From the IMG/VR virus record IMGVR_UViG_3300035698_022190, positions 62,001 through 126,000 of that record: DNA of 64,000 nt. One strand, written 5' to 3'. The notes beneath the pieces were generated by a model. It was given only the letters and a program-made list of their open reading frames with translations. It searched no databases and was not told the origin of the DNA. The position numbers and the translations under genes are program-made. This document shows, in pieces, positions 18,428 to 30,564 of this stretch (its first letter is position 1; every line of letters starts with the position of its first letter).

Positions 18428-19521
18428 ACCTCTGGTTCACCCGTCATACTTCCACTATTATCAATACAGCAAATAATTGGGCCTTTGGCTTTTCGTTCTT
18501 TACCTCTATATTCATATTCAGTTAAGCTTCGTTCTGCAAATCCTTTATAAAAAAGCATTCGTAAAATCGGGTGCTTAATTTTCATCAGCTCAGTAGGAAT
18601 AAGTCTACGTAAGTTATTACCTAAGCGTAACTTATACACACTCTCAATACCCTTTTTAACTTTTTCTCTCATTGTAGAGAGGGCTAAACGTCTATATCTG
18701 CCTGCTAAAGCTGCAATTTTTTTTAACTTATCTGAACTTTTTAATTCATTAATAAGTTTAATTTTCTCTTGATATCCGGTTGATGAATAAGTAGGATCTT
18801 GCTCCAGTCCCCAATTGGTAATTAGGTCGGAAGTCTCTTTAGTTTGAGAAACTGTATGTTCTAACATCTTTGTTGTTGCACGACGTACGCGTCTCTCTCG
18901 TTTATCCTTATGTGTTTTTAAATGCTCTTCTAAACGTTTTTTTGCTTCTTTTAAAGTCCATGCTTTGTCAGCATTTGCTTTATCTTCGGCTTGTTTTTTT
19001 TCTTCATCAGTCCCTTCTCCGGCTGCAATTGCTTCCTGCTTTTTCTTTAATTCATCATCAGCTTGTTGCTGAGCTTGTTGCATCCCTTCGGCTGCTGATG
19101 CTAATTGCTTCTCAAATTCTTCTCTTAGCTCATCAACTAATTTTTTTACTTCTTCGCCCAAAACTTGTGTTCCTATAGTTGACTGAATTTTATGAAGTCT
19201 TGTTAAGTTTCGTAACTCCTTATATTTAACAGAACGCATCAACTCATCCATAATTTGACTATTTAATAAATAATCATAATCAATATCCATTTCTGGATAT
19301 TTCTGAGGGGTGTATTTATATAATGAATCAAACACATCTTGATGTAATTCTTTAAATTGAGGATAGTCAACTTGACCTTCTTCATAGGTATTTGCGATAT
19401 CGGGATTATGAAACCTTACTTCACTAAAAGCTCTTTTATCAAAAGCATCTAACTTAATTACATTCTTTTTAATACGAACTTCTTTTGTAACATCTGTTAT
19501 CTTAACCGATAATTTTCGCAC
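18428..19521 (-). CDS. VWA-domain protein (ViaA-like), exon 1
   Basis: LGNNLRRLIPTEL, KGPIICCIDNSGSM (DxSxS). Confidence 0.88.
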
Positions 19522-19530
19522 TCTAGCCTC

Positions 19531-20661
19531 CTATTTAAAAGTTAATCCTACTCGTTTATAAATGTCAACTAAGTAATCTTCAATATCGTTTTGAAGTTTA
19601 ATAACATATTTTACATCTTTGCCACGACTCTTTAAACTAGTTTCATATGTATGAAGTTCTTCGCTAGCTTCTTTTAGCTTATTAGCCTTTTCAACTGCTT
19701 CTGTTGTTAAAGCAACAGTCTTTGGATCTAGATCCATAAAATCTTTATAGATATCAGTTGCGTCATCAAATAATTCATCCATCTTGTTTTTATCAGGATT
19801 AATTTTTGTGAGGATATGGCTATAAATAGTTTTCCTATGATCAGGGTCCGACCACAGACAGTGCTGTAAGATGTCAAAATCACTTTCTCCTACCGCATCT
19901 CTGCCATTGAAAAAAGCTTCAGCTTTTAAAATATTTCGAACGGTCATGTATGTTCTGTCCGACACATAAGTGCCGTCGTCATTAATCATTGTTCGCAGCT
20001 CAGCTAATAAATTTTTATCAGCCTCAGCAATTTTTATTTTTTTTACTGCCTTCTGTGCTTTACGCATTTCCGCTAAGGTTAACACCGCATCTTCTTGAAA
20101 TTCTGGAATTTCTAACATTTTTATAAAGTTAGCAGATTCTGCAATAGGTTGTGTATAAAATTTTATTACAAACCTATCAAGCATTGCTTCGAGATCGTCA
20201 CCTTCTTCGGGAAGCTCATTAGAAGCCCCTATCATTGCTAATAATGGAACCTTAATTGGCAGCCCATTATTGTAAAATATACGTTCGTTCATCATTGTTA
20301 ATAAGAAATTAGCAACCCCTGTGTTTCCTTTATATACTTCATCTACAAAGGCAAAGTCTGCTTGCGGCATCATATTATCTGTGTTTCTTATATACTGGTC
20401 GTTTTCTAAACCTTTTAATGAAAAAGGCCCTGCTAACTCCTCTGGGGTAGAGAAAGAATTTAGCATCCAACTAAAATATTTTGCACCAGTAATTAATTGA
20501 CTATAATAATCTACTAACATTGATTTGGCAATACCGGGACGACCTAGCAATAAAACGTTTGTTCCTGCGAGTATCCCTAAAGTTATACCATGTACTTCTT
20601 GGTCTCGCTCTATTAAATACTTATTTAGGGTGTTTTCCACTTGTTGGAATTTTTTATACAT
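19531..20661 (-). CDS. MoxR/RavA-family AAA+ ATPase
   Basis: GRPGIAKS Walker A, FVDEVYK Walker B, GASNELP, LDRF; GAGGT RBS before ATG 20661. Confidence 0.9.
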   Translation of the reverse strand: MYKKFQQVENTLNKYLIERDQEVHGITLGILAGTNVLLLGRPGIAKSMLVDYYSQLITGAKYFSWMLNSFSTPEELAGPFSLKGLENDQYIRNTDNMMPQADFAFVDEVYKGNTGVANFLLTMMNERIFYNNGLPIKVPLLAMIGASNELPEEGDDLEAMLDRFVIKFYTQPIAESANFIKMLEIPEFQEDAVLTLAEMRKAQKAVKKIKIAEADKNLLAELRTMINDDGTYVSDRTYMTVRNILKAEAFFNGRDAVGESDFDILQHCLWSDPDHRKTIYSHILTKINPDKNKMDELFDDATDIYKDFMDLDPKTVALTTEAVEKANKLKEASEELHTYETSLKSRGKDVKYVIKLQNDIEDYLVDIYKRVGLTFK

Positions 20662-21053
20662 TAATACCTCGTTTGTAGGATTGGAAAGTGTATATTGACT
20701 TGTCTTCGTTTTTGACAGAAAATCCAATATCTGTGTTTTAAATCTCTGCTTGCTGTATGCTCTCTATCTTTGGTATGTGTCATCAAGCCCTCAATTGTAT
20801 CAAACTCATGTGGGTAGATGTTACACACATAGCTGGGTACAGTTGCGTGAATATCAGCAAAACCTAAATTAATGTGTGTAACTAAACCCAAAGTATTCTC
20901 ATGTATTGATAAAGTACAAGCTGAGATATGATCAGACGTGGAAGAATATGTAAGTATGCTATCTTCTTCAGACACTATCTTATGTTTTCGTATCCACGGT
21001 GTCTGTTTTATCTCCTTTATCAGTTTCTTTTTCGTTGTCATTTTTCTGTTCAT
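20661..21053 (-). CDS. Hypothetical protein
   Basis: ORF whose stop overlaps the MoxR start. Confidence 0.5.
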   Translation of the reverse strand: MNRKMTTKKKLIKEIKQTPWIRKHKIVSEEDSILTYSSTSDHISACTLSIHENTLGLVTHINLGFADIHATVPSYVCNIYPHEFDTIEGLMTHTKDREHTASRDLKHRYWIFCQKRRQVNIHFPILQTRY

Positions 21054-21147
21054 CAGTTCCTAAAGTCATTGTTAAAATAAGTTCCATAATACTATCAACT
21101 GCATTCCGCACTTGCTCTCTTATTTTATCTGCATTAGATTCTGCCAT
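20980..21147 (-). CDS. Small acidic hypothetical protein
   Basis: MAESNADK... first ORF after minus-strand motif at 21368. Confidence 0.4.
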   Translation of the reverse strand: MAESNADKIREQVRNAVDSIMELILTMTLGTDEQKNDNEKETDKGDKTDTVDTKT

Positions 21148-21273
21148 TTTATTATCTTGATTTTTAATGTAGAGAAAAAACAACAAAAACGTTTTTTCTC
21201 ATAATACTATGGTTCATAAATAGACGTTATTTTTTCCCCGGTGTAATATATATACTATCGTTCATTTCTGTCC

Positions 21274-21302
21274 TTGATTTTCAGCGTTGAATGCCTTATA
21301 TT
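21274..21302 (+). promoter_or_regulatory. sigma70-type promoter TTGATT-N17-TATATT for RNAP gene
   Basis: Matches recurring pattern. Confidence 0.6.
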
Positions 21303-21367
21303 TAAATGAATAGAGTTCTTATAAGGTAATAGTATCCGGAATTGAAAACGTCTCTATTGGGACAAAA

Positions 21368-21377
21368 TTCTTATACC
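21368..21377 (-). promoter_or_regulatory. Phage motif GGTATAAGAA (putative promoter; also at 34233, 43398, 46374, 49850, 52102)
   Basis: Six exact 10-mers, all upstream of minus-strand gene starts. Confidence 0.7.
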
Positions 21378-21405
21378 TAAATTTAATAAAAAATAGTAGA
21401 GCTAA

Positions 21406-24400
21406 ATGGCCAATAATTTACTTCGACATGATGCGCAGAATGCAGCAATTCAACGCGCACTAAAAAAATCTATACAAGAATCTTTCCCTATTGAATCCGG
21501 GGACAAAAAGCTAACGCTTACCAACATTCAAATCCCAAATACCCTTGAGAGTTGAGACTTTCCCAAACAAAAAGAATTTAAGCTAAATCGCAAAAGCTGG
21601 CAAGTCCCTATATATGCGGATATAAAAATTACTGACGTGAATGGTACCCGTATTATTAGTCAAAAGAAAAAGGCTAAAATAGGAAATATCCCCATCTTAA
21701 CAAATAGGTTTACTACAATTATTGATGGTAACGAGTATCAGACAACAAACCAGCTTCGTCGTAAATCTGGAATTTACTCTCATGTAAAACAAAATGGTGA
21801 GCTTGAGAGCGAATTTAATCTTGCCCAGGGTTTTAATTTCAAGATGCAATTAATTCCAACTACACAACTATTTGTGCTTATTTTGGGTAATCGTAAGTAT
21901 CGTTTATGGACCCTATTAAATGTTTTGGGCATGGATGATAAATCTATTGAAAAATTTTGAGGTAGATCTTTACTAGATATAAATAAAAAAGGTGCTTTAA
22001 ACACTGAAGTATCAGAAATGACTTCTATTTTTAAGAAGGTCTACAACAGAGAGCCGAAAGACTATAAAGAAGTATTAGCAAAGCTTAATGAATATTTTAA
22101 TATATATACAAAAGTAGATCCAGAAACCACAAAATTTACATTAGGAGAAAGTTTTGAGCATGTTACTGCCAAGACTCTTTTATCTGCTTCAAAAAAACTA
22201 TTAGCTATAAACAAAGGAACCGCAGAGCCAGATGAGCGTGACAACCTAATCTTTAAAAAACTCTATTCAGTTGAAGATCTGCTAGGTGCCCATTTTGAAA
22301 AACAAATTCCTGTTATTTCACGTAAACTGGCTCGGTCCTTATCACTAAAAGATAGCGTGGGAGAGATAATTAGTTCCAGCACTTTTGGTAAAACCGTTAA
22401 AGAATTCTTTACAACGGGCGATCTATCAGCCACACCACCACAAACAAACCCAGTAACTATTGTAGATGCTTGGCGCAAAACCACACCTATGGGTACGGGT
22501 GGTATACAAAGTCGACACTCCATTACAATGGAATCTCGTAATTTACAACCTACACATTTAGGGTATCTAGACTCATTGGCAACCCCTGAATCTGGACGTG
22601 TTGGTGTCACGGTGGGTCTAGCATCCGAAGTGGAAAAAGAGGGCAACGATATGACTACCCCGGTGTACACGCCGGCTGGTAAAGAAAAAAGATTAAAACC
22701 TCTAGAATTTTATAATGCCAAAGTAGGGTTTCCTGATCAATATAAATTTGAGGGAAAGGCTCTTATGCCTAAGAAAGGAAAAATTAAATCAATGTATAAG
22801 GGGGATCTTGTGGAGCTTGATTCTACCGAAATTGATTATTATCTTCGATCAGCTAAAACGATGTTCTCGTTTGCTACCAATTTAGTTCCCTTCATAGCTA
22901 ACACACAGGGTAATAGAACTTCCATGGGATCTAGAATGATGGTTCAAGCTATGTCCCTGGTCGATAGAGAGGTTCCTTTAGTACAAACTAAACGTTCTGA
23001 TGGTGAAACCTACGAAGATCTTTTAGGTAATTATTTAAACCCTGTTCTTGGTGTAAATGAAAAAGGTAAGCCTTATAAAACAGCTAAGGTAACTAAAATA
23101 GCCAATGACTACGTACATTTAGAAACCCCGGGTGGTATTAAATTAAAGCGTGGTTTATATAAAAATTTTCCACTGAACCAAGACGGTTTTTTAAATTCAA
23201 CTTCTTTAGTAAAAGTAGGAGACTCTGTCACTACTTATCAACCTTTAGCTGAGAATAATTATTCTCGTGGTAAAACACTTGCATTAGGTAAAAATTTAGT
23301 TGTAGCATATATGCCATACAAAGGATATAATTATGAGGATGGGGCCGTTATTACAGAATCTGCTGCCCAGAAATTATCGCACCAGATGATACATAAGGCC
23401 AACATCTTCTTTAGCCCTAAACTTACAAACTTTAATATTAAGAAATTCTTGGCCTGGTATCCAGACACTGTCAAGCAAGATAATTTAGCTAAACTGACGG
23501 AGGAAGGGCTTCCTAAAGTGGGCCAAATTTTTCAACCTGGGGAGTATTTGGCTGCCTATCTCGTTGAAAAAGATATGGATGATATAGATAGAGCTTTAAA
23601 AAAATTAGACAAACATACGTTCAGTCAATATGCTAAAAAACTTGTTGAATGGGATGAAGATGAGCCTGGGACAGTTATTGATGTAAAAAAAGTTGGACGA
23701 AATATAGACATATATATAAAAGCAGTTCATCCTTTTAAAGAAGGTGACAAACTTTCAGGAAGGTTCGGGAATAAAAATATTGTAACCAAAATTATTCCTG
23801 ACGATGTTGCCCCACATAGGAAAGATGGCACTCCTGTGGAAATTATGCTGAACCCACATGGGGTCCCATCACGTATGAATATTGGGCAGCTTCTAGAGAC
23901 AGCTGCTGGCAAAATCGCTGTAAAAACAGGTAAGCCTTATATCGTTGATAATTTTTCCGACCCTAATGACGATACATCAAATAGAGTATATGATGAGCTA
24001 AAAAAACACGGCCTTGAAGCAGATGAAAAATTAACAGATGGGACAACCGGAGAGGCTTTTGATAATAAAATTTTTGTAGGAAATCAATACTTCCTTAAGC
24101 TGCGCCACATTGTTAAAAAGAAACAAGGGGTCCATAGTTATGGTAGCTATGATGTAAATGAGCTTCCTGTTGGTAGAGGGGCGCAAAAGACAGGTACTAT
24201 GGAAACCTATGCTTATTTAGCACATGGAGCTAAAGCAAACTTAGCTGAAATGTCAACCGTTAAAGGACGCTCTAATGAAGAGTACTGGCGTAATCTTCAA
24301 CTAGGGTTGCCGCCCGTCCCGTCAAACAAAAATTTTATTTTTGATAAAATGTTAGCCCATTTAAAGGGGGCTGGTATTAATATTTCAAAGAAAGGAAATA

Positions 24401-27400
24401 AATTAAGAATTTTTCCTTTGTCAGATAAAGAAGCAATCAAAATGTCTAATGGCGAAATTAAGGATCCCGGAGCCTTTCTGGTAGGTAAGAATTTAGCTAC
24501 TAGAAAGAATGGACTATTTGATCCAGAAATTACTGGAGGCTTAGCAGGAACACATTGGTCACATATTAAATTAACAACAGCCATACCAAACCCAATGTAT
24601 TCAGACGCTATAATGAAGATATTAGATTTAACCGAAGCACAATTAAATGATACCATTGCTGGGAAATTTAAGGTTAATGGTAAAACAGGTGCTCCCGCCA
24701 TTGTTGCTGCTTTAAAAGAAGTAAATGTAAAAACAGAGATTACTAGCTTAAAGAAAGAATTAAAAACGGCTCCTCCTACAAATGTGAATAAACTAAACAA
24801 AAGAATTAGATATTTGCAGACTTTAGATGAGTTGAAATTAGGAGCTGTAGACGCATATACGATGAAAGTTGTGCCGGTATTACCGCCTGCATTTAGGCCC
24901 ATATATCCTTTACAGACGGGCGATCTAATGATCAGTGATTTAAATAAACATTATCGTGATATTGGTACAATTAATATTGCGTTGAAAGGAGCGAAGGAAG
25001 ATTTAAGTGCTTCGGAAATGGCGGAGGCTACAACCTCTCTTTATAATTCAGTAAAAGCTTTACAAGGTTTTATTGATCCAATAAATTATTCAAGTAAAAA
25101 ATACAAAGGTATTATAAAAGAATTGTCCGGTAAGCAAGCTCTAATTCAAGGGGCAGCTTGGGCAAAACGTCAAGACATTAGTGCACGGTCAACTATTACT
25201 GTGGAACCAAGTTTAGGTCTTAACCAACTAGGATTACCTACAGATATGGCCTATAAAATGTTTAAACCTTTTGTTATACAAGATTTAAAAACCCAGGGTT
25301 TAAAGGCCTCCACTGCTTTAAAAGAGTACCAAGATAAAACAAACTTGGCTTTTAACTCATTAAGGAACGTAGTAAAAAATAGACCTATAATTCTAAATCG
25401 AGCACCATCGCTCCATAAGCACTCTGTTCAAGCTTTTTGGCCCCAATTAATTACCGGCAAAGCTATCCAAATGAACCCTTTAATTATGAAAGGATTTAAT
25501 GCGGACTTTGATGGAGATACTATGTCAATTATGACACCCGTTAGTGCTTTAGCTGTAGAAGAAGCTAAGGGAATGCTCCCGAGTAAAATTCTTTTTAAAC
25601 ACGGAGATAATTCTCTTGTTCCTACAATAGACCAGGATTATTTATATGGTTTGCATGCGCTAAGCCAAGTTGAAAAAGTATCTGCCAAGAAATTTTCAAC
25701 TATAGCAGAAGCGAAAAAATCGGGAATTTCTTGAACGACACAATTTAAATTAAAAAATAAAAATATGACTATAGGTCAATACTATTTAAATGATAAATTG
25801 CCTCCATCTTTAAAGGACTTTTCCAGAATTCTCAATAAAAAGTCTGTGCGTGATATATTAACGAAGGTCGGAAAAGATCATAAGGGTTACTTTGTTGGGC
25901 TAATTAATTCTTGGAAAGATTTGGGCGGTTTCTATGCTTATAAAGTAGGGAATACCATATCATTAACTGATTTTGCAAACAGTAAGTCTTATCGTGACGA
26001 CATTATTAAGAAAGAAATGCCAGCTATTAATAAATTAAAAGGTAAGGCACGCATAGATGCTCTTAATCGCTTAACAAAAGATGTACAAAAAGCACAAGAC
26101 AAAACTTTTAAGGGCAAAAATAATATGTATAAAATGTTGATAGCTGGATCATTTTCAAAGCCTGATTCAGTGCGACAAATTTTATCTATGCCGGGTGTTT
26201 TAAATGACTTATACGGCAAACCGATTTCAATTCCTGTAACTAAAAGTTATGGAGAGGGTCTTGATTCAGCAGGCTATTTTACATCTTTATATGCGGTTCG
26301 AAGCGGAACTGTTGATAGATCAGTAAATACACAAGATACGGGGGCTTTAAATAAAACATTATTAAATGTGACCCGAAGGTTATTAATTACAACAGAAGAT
26401 TGTGCAACTCGAAAAGGTTTAGATCTTCCTGTGAATGGTAAAAACGTCTTAGATCGATTTATACTGGAAACAATTCCGGGAGTTGTAAAACGTAACCAAT
26501 TAGTAGATTCACAGACATTACTGAAATTAAAAGCAAAGGGAATAGTTACCGTAAAAGTTCGTAGCCCACTTACATGTGAAGCTGTCGAAGGCATTTGCCA
26601 ACATTGCTATGGTTTATTACCAAACGGTCAGTTACCTTCTGTAGGGACAAACGTTGGTGTGTTGGATGGACAAGCATTGACTGAGTCATTTACCCAGAAT
26701 GTTATGCGTACCTTCCACACCGGCGGTACTGCTCTAGGTGGGGGCGGGGTTACTGAGGGCTTCCCTCGAATGGAACAGTTATTAAAAGTTCCAGAAAAAC
26801 TTAGCCATAAAGCTACTTTAAGCACTGTTAAAGGAATAGTAAAAACTATTTCAAAGAATTTAACAGGTGGATATAACCTTCGTATTGAGGGATATGGTAC
26901 TATAAATGATAAAGATTTTGTTATTCCCCCAGGACGTTCCCCTATTGTAAGTATTGGGGACAAAGTAGAGCCTGGAGATCCATTAAGCGATGGCGTAATT
27001 AAGCCACAAGAATTGGGAGCTTTGACAACACACTTAGAGGCACAAAATTATCTTGTAGATGAAGCTTCTCAAGTAATGGGAGGAGGTTTCTTCCGTAAGA
27101 CATTTGAAACAGTTATTCGTGGTATCTCAGATAATGCTGTTGTGACTGAGGCTCCGGATAGAAGTGGTTTTTTACGTGGAGATAAAACAACAAAAAGCTA
27201 TATAGATAAATTAAATAGAGATCGAAAAAAAGAGAAATTAGAGCCCATTAAGTATAACTCATATTTTAAATCAATTGACACATTAAATACAGACTCAGAT
27301 GATTGGCTTACAAAAATAACTTCTAACAGAATCAAAGCCGCTCTAATGACAGGAGCAGCTAAAGGTCAATATGCAAACTTAAAGGGAAAAGACCCTATAC

Positions 27401-27465
27401 CCGCATATATCTACGGAGAAAACTTTGGTAAACAAATCATGCCAGATAAAGGAGAATTTTACTAA
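21406..27465 (+). CDS. Single-polypeptide fused beta-beta' DNA-directed RNA polymerase (~2019 aa); 3 TGA read as Trp
   Basis: One frame with TGA at 21553, 21958 and 25732; TPESGRVG, GYNYEDG, GDKLSGRFGNK, NPHGVPSRMNIGQ, LNRAPSLH, NADFDGD, RSPLTC..ICQHCYG, MRTFHTGG. Confidence 0.93.
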
Positions 27466-28673
27466 TGAGTAAATTTTTTAAGGAAGCAAAGAAGAAAAAG
27501 AAAAATACAAAGTTTAGAAAAGCTATGCAAAATATGGGTTTTGTAAATTCACTACAAGCTAGTCGAGTTAAATGGCCCAATGATTATGCTATGAAGGATA
27601 AGGATTTTACTGATGTTATTTTTGGAGCTTCTCCAGCCAATAATATGGCACAATCATTTATGCAGGGTAAAAAACTTGATACCCTGCAACTAAAAGAAAA
27701 AATTGAGTCTTTAATTAGTAAAGGACATGCCAAGCAAATTGGTACAAAACAAAAATATCTCTTAGTTGGGTACTTGTTTGAATATACATCAAGACGAGGT
27801 AAATTAGAAAGTATAAAAGGTATTCCAAAAGCAAACGTGAAAGGACTTGCTCAAGCTATTCGTAAGACAGAGAATAAATTAGAGCCTATCGATGGTACAG
27901 CGGGTATGACAACTATGGGACTTATTTTGGCTAATATTGGTATTGGTTTGTCTTTATCTGGTTTAAAAGAAGATAGTACAAGTCAAGGAATTCAGAGTTT
28001 TATTAGTACGGCTAAAAAAAGAAACAACATGCCTAATCTTGAATTAAAAATGATTGACAATCCTTTAGAAAGCCATTTTAACCCTAAAACGAATTATATA
28101 CAAACAGGTAGAATTAAAGGAATAGCTGCACATGAATTTGGGCACGCAATTAATTCTAAACGGTTCGGGCAAATCTTTGGTAAAAAACCAGGGGCCGCAA
28201 TTTCTGCTGGCCTATATCACGGGTTAGCTGATTATGTACCTATGGTGGGGCGCTCATTAGGCACACTTGGTATGGTTCCTATGTTACCCTTGGCAGTCGC
28301 CGCCCCATTAGCTATTTCGGATAAGCTGCAAAAAGCTATAAAAGGAAAAAGACGAAAAAGTATGCGTTATAGGGTAGGTAAATGGGTAGAAGACCATCCC
28401 GGAAGTTTGATGGGTGGTGCTATGATTCCTAAGCTAATAGAAGAAGGTAGTGCTACGGGAAGAGGTATGGCTGAAATTTTACGACAAACCCCCAAGCCAC
28501 AACAATTGGCCGCACTAAGAAAAGGTCTTGGTGCTACTGGTCCTGCTTTTCTAACCTATGCAACAATAGCTGGCATACCGGCAGTTGCAGGATGAGCTTT
28601 TGGTAAAAAACGTAAGATACAAAATAAATTAAAGACGCAGGAAAAGAACGAATTTCCTTTCAAAGTAAAATAA
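27465..28673 (+). CDS. Virion-associated protein with HExxH metallopeptidase-like motif; TGA 28593 read as Trp
   Basis: AAHEFGH...EE..A; readthrough ends at TAA abutting the next ATG. Confidence 0.7.
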
Positions 28674-30062
28674 ATGTCTAAATTTTTTAAAATTGCTTCG
28701 GAACTACAGCCACAACAAAAACGTGTGCTCAAAAAACTTGAGACTACCGATAGACTTTTGGTATATCATGGTTTAGGTTCTGGTAAAACTTTAACAGCTT
28801 TAAAAGCTAGTGAAAAGTTTAAAATGCCTATTACCGCTATAGGTCCGGCAGCTTTGAAAGAAAATTTTGGTAAAGAAAAAAGAAAGCATGGGGTAAAGGG
28901 CGCTCGTCCTAAATATTTTACTTATAGTAAACCTCCTAAAAATATCCCAGAAAAAAACATTGTTGTTTTTGATGAAGCACATCGCATGGGTAGAATGGAA
29001 TCTCAAAGATCCCATTATCCAGACAAATACAAAGGCGCTAAAACTCTTATGCTTACCGGAACACCTATCCGTAATGAACCTTCTGAATTAATTCCAATTA
29101 TGCGTGGGCTAGACATTAAAGTTCCACGCGATAAAAAGAAATTTGATGCTGGGTTCATAAAAGAAACTAAACAATACCCAGGTCTTTTTGCTAGAGTATT
29201 TAGAGGGGTAAAACCAGGTGTTATTAAACGAGGTAAAAATTTAGACATTTTAGAGAACGCTTTTAAGGGTAAGGTAGATTACCAGGGTTCAACGGAGAAA
29301 GGCCATCCTAGGGTCACTAGCGAGCGAATAACGACCGTTATGACCGATAAGCAGCGGGCAGCTTATAGAGTAGCTTTAAAAGGATCCGCTAATTTAAGAT
29401 ATAAAGTTAAACATGGCATATCACCAAGTAAAACTGAAGCACGCAATATGAATGCCTTCCTGACAGCTACAAGACAAATATCTAATAAACCTGGTAAATT
29501 TAATTTAAGTGCAACTTCTGCAGATGCCCCCAAGTTAAACAGAGCAATGAAAGAAATACAAGAACGATACACGAAAGACAAGAATTATAAGGGAGTTACT
29601 TATTCAGCTTTTCTTGCTCATGGTATAGACCCAATGGAAGATAGGCTTAAGAAATCTAAAATTCCATATGCCCGATTTACGGGAGAGACCTCAGATAAAG
29701 ATCGCAAAAGAATTATTAAAAGCTTTAATACCGGAAAAACTAAACATCTATTACTATCAGGAGCAGGCGGGGAAGGTTTAGATCTAAAAGGCACAAAACT
29801 ATTACAAGTTTTAGAGCCGCATTGGAATGATCCAACTATTCAACAGGTAAAGGGGCGCGTTAATCGCTATAAGTCCCATGCGCATCTTCCAAAAGGCGAA
29901 CGCAATGTCCGCATACAAACATTTATTAATAAACCACAAAAAACAAAGTTTTTTAGACGTCAGCATAAAGGAACAGATGAATATTTAGAGATGCTGTCAA
30001 AACAAAAAACACAACTTAACCAAGATTTTCTAAAAACATTACAGAGGGCATCAGATGGGTAA
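28674..30062 (+). CDS. SF2 (SNF2-like) helicase/ATPase
   Basis: HGLGSGKT, DEAH, LTGTP, GEGLDL, QVKGRVNR. Confidence 0.88.
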   Translation: MSKFFKIASELQPQQKRVLKKLETTDRLLVYHGLGSGKTLTALKASEKFKMPITAIGPAALKENFGKEKRKHGVKGARPKYFTYSKPPKNIPEKNIVVFDEAHRMGRMESQRSHYPDKYKGAKTLMLTGTPIRNEPSELIPIMRGLDIKVPRDKKKFDAGFIKETKQYPGLFARVFRGVKPGVIKRGKNLDILENAFKGKVDYQGSTEKGHPRVTSERITTVMTDKQRAAYRVALKGSANLRYKVKHGISPSKTEARNMNAFLTATRQISNKPGKFNLSATSADAPKLNRAMKEIQERYTKDKNYKGVTYSAFLAHGIDPMEDRLKKSKIPYARFTGETSDKDRKRIIKSFNTGKTKHLLLSGAGGEGLDLKGTKLLQVLEPHWNDPTIQQVKGRVNRYKSHAHLPKGERNVRIQTFINKPQKTKFFRRQHKGTDEYLEMLSKQKTQLNQDFLKTLQRASDG

Positions 30063-30564
30063 ATTTTTTAAAACAGCAGCAACTGCAAAGTTGATGCGTG
30101 AATATGCAAAAAGGTCTGGTATTACTATGAAAACAATACCGAGAAAACTTAATGATTGGGGATTATTTGAGGAAGGAAGTAAAGCAAAGTACCCTTGAAG
30201 AGATATGGGATTTAGTCGTTCTGACTCTACAAAAATATGGAACCAAATTGAAGGCACAGACGCCGCGCGACAGATAGCCCTGCTGCGTAAAAAACTACCG
30301 AAAGGGGTTCAAGTTCGTGGCTTGGGAGCAACCAAACGACCAAAGGGAAATGAAAACGCATCTTTCTTATTTAAAAAACCCGGCAAAAAAGCTGTGGAAT
30401 TTTTTCCGGCAACACACGGGAAGTCTTTTAAGCCTGTTGAAAAGTATATTGATAAAAAAGTTCCTGATTTGTGGTTTGATGTTGATCATGCATTTAGTCG
30501 AGCTTTTGTAGGAAGAAATTCTAAAGTGTTGCCAATAGGTTCAAAAAACAGAAAAACATATTAA
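30055..30564 (+). CDS. Basic hypothetical protein; TGA 30196 read as Trp
   Basis: ATG 30055 gives MGKFFKTA like its neighbours; in frame with 30205..30564. Confidence 0.7.

Noticed and set aside
21345-21359. AAACGTCTCTATTG resembling array sequences at 13229-13242 and 13507-13517 as an extra cassette
   Set aside because: No NCG-loop-CGN hairpin, IR pair or long hairpin found; may be chance.
22062-26963. Minus-strand ORFs inside the RNAP gene and similar antisense ORFs elsewhere
   Set aside because: Antisense shadows of long coding frames.
21406-27465. Split or pseudogenised RNAP and tail genes
   Set aside because: Every break is an in-frame TGA with no frameshifts, and a UCA tRNA is present.
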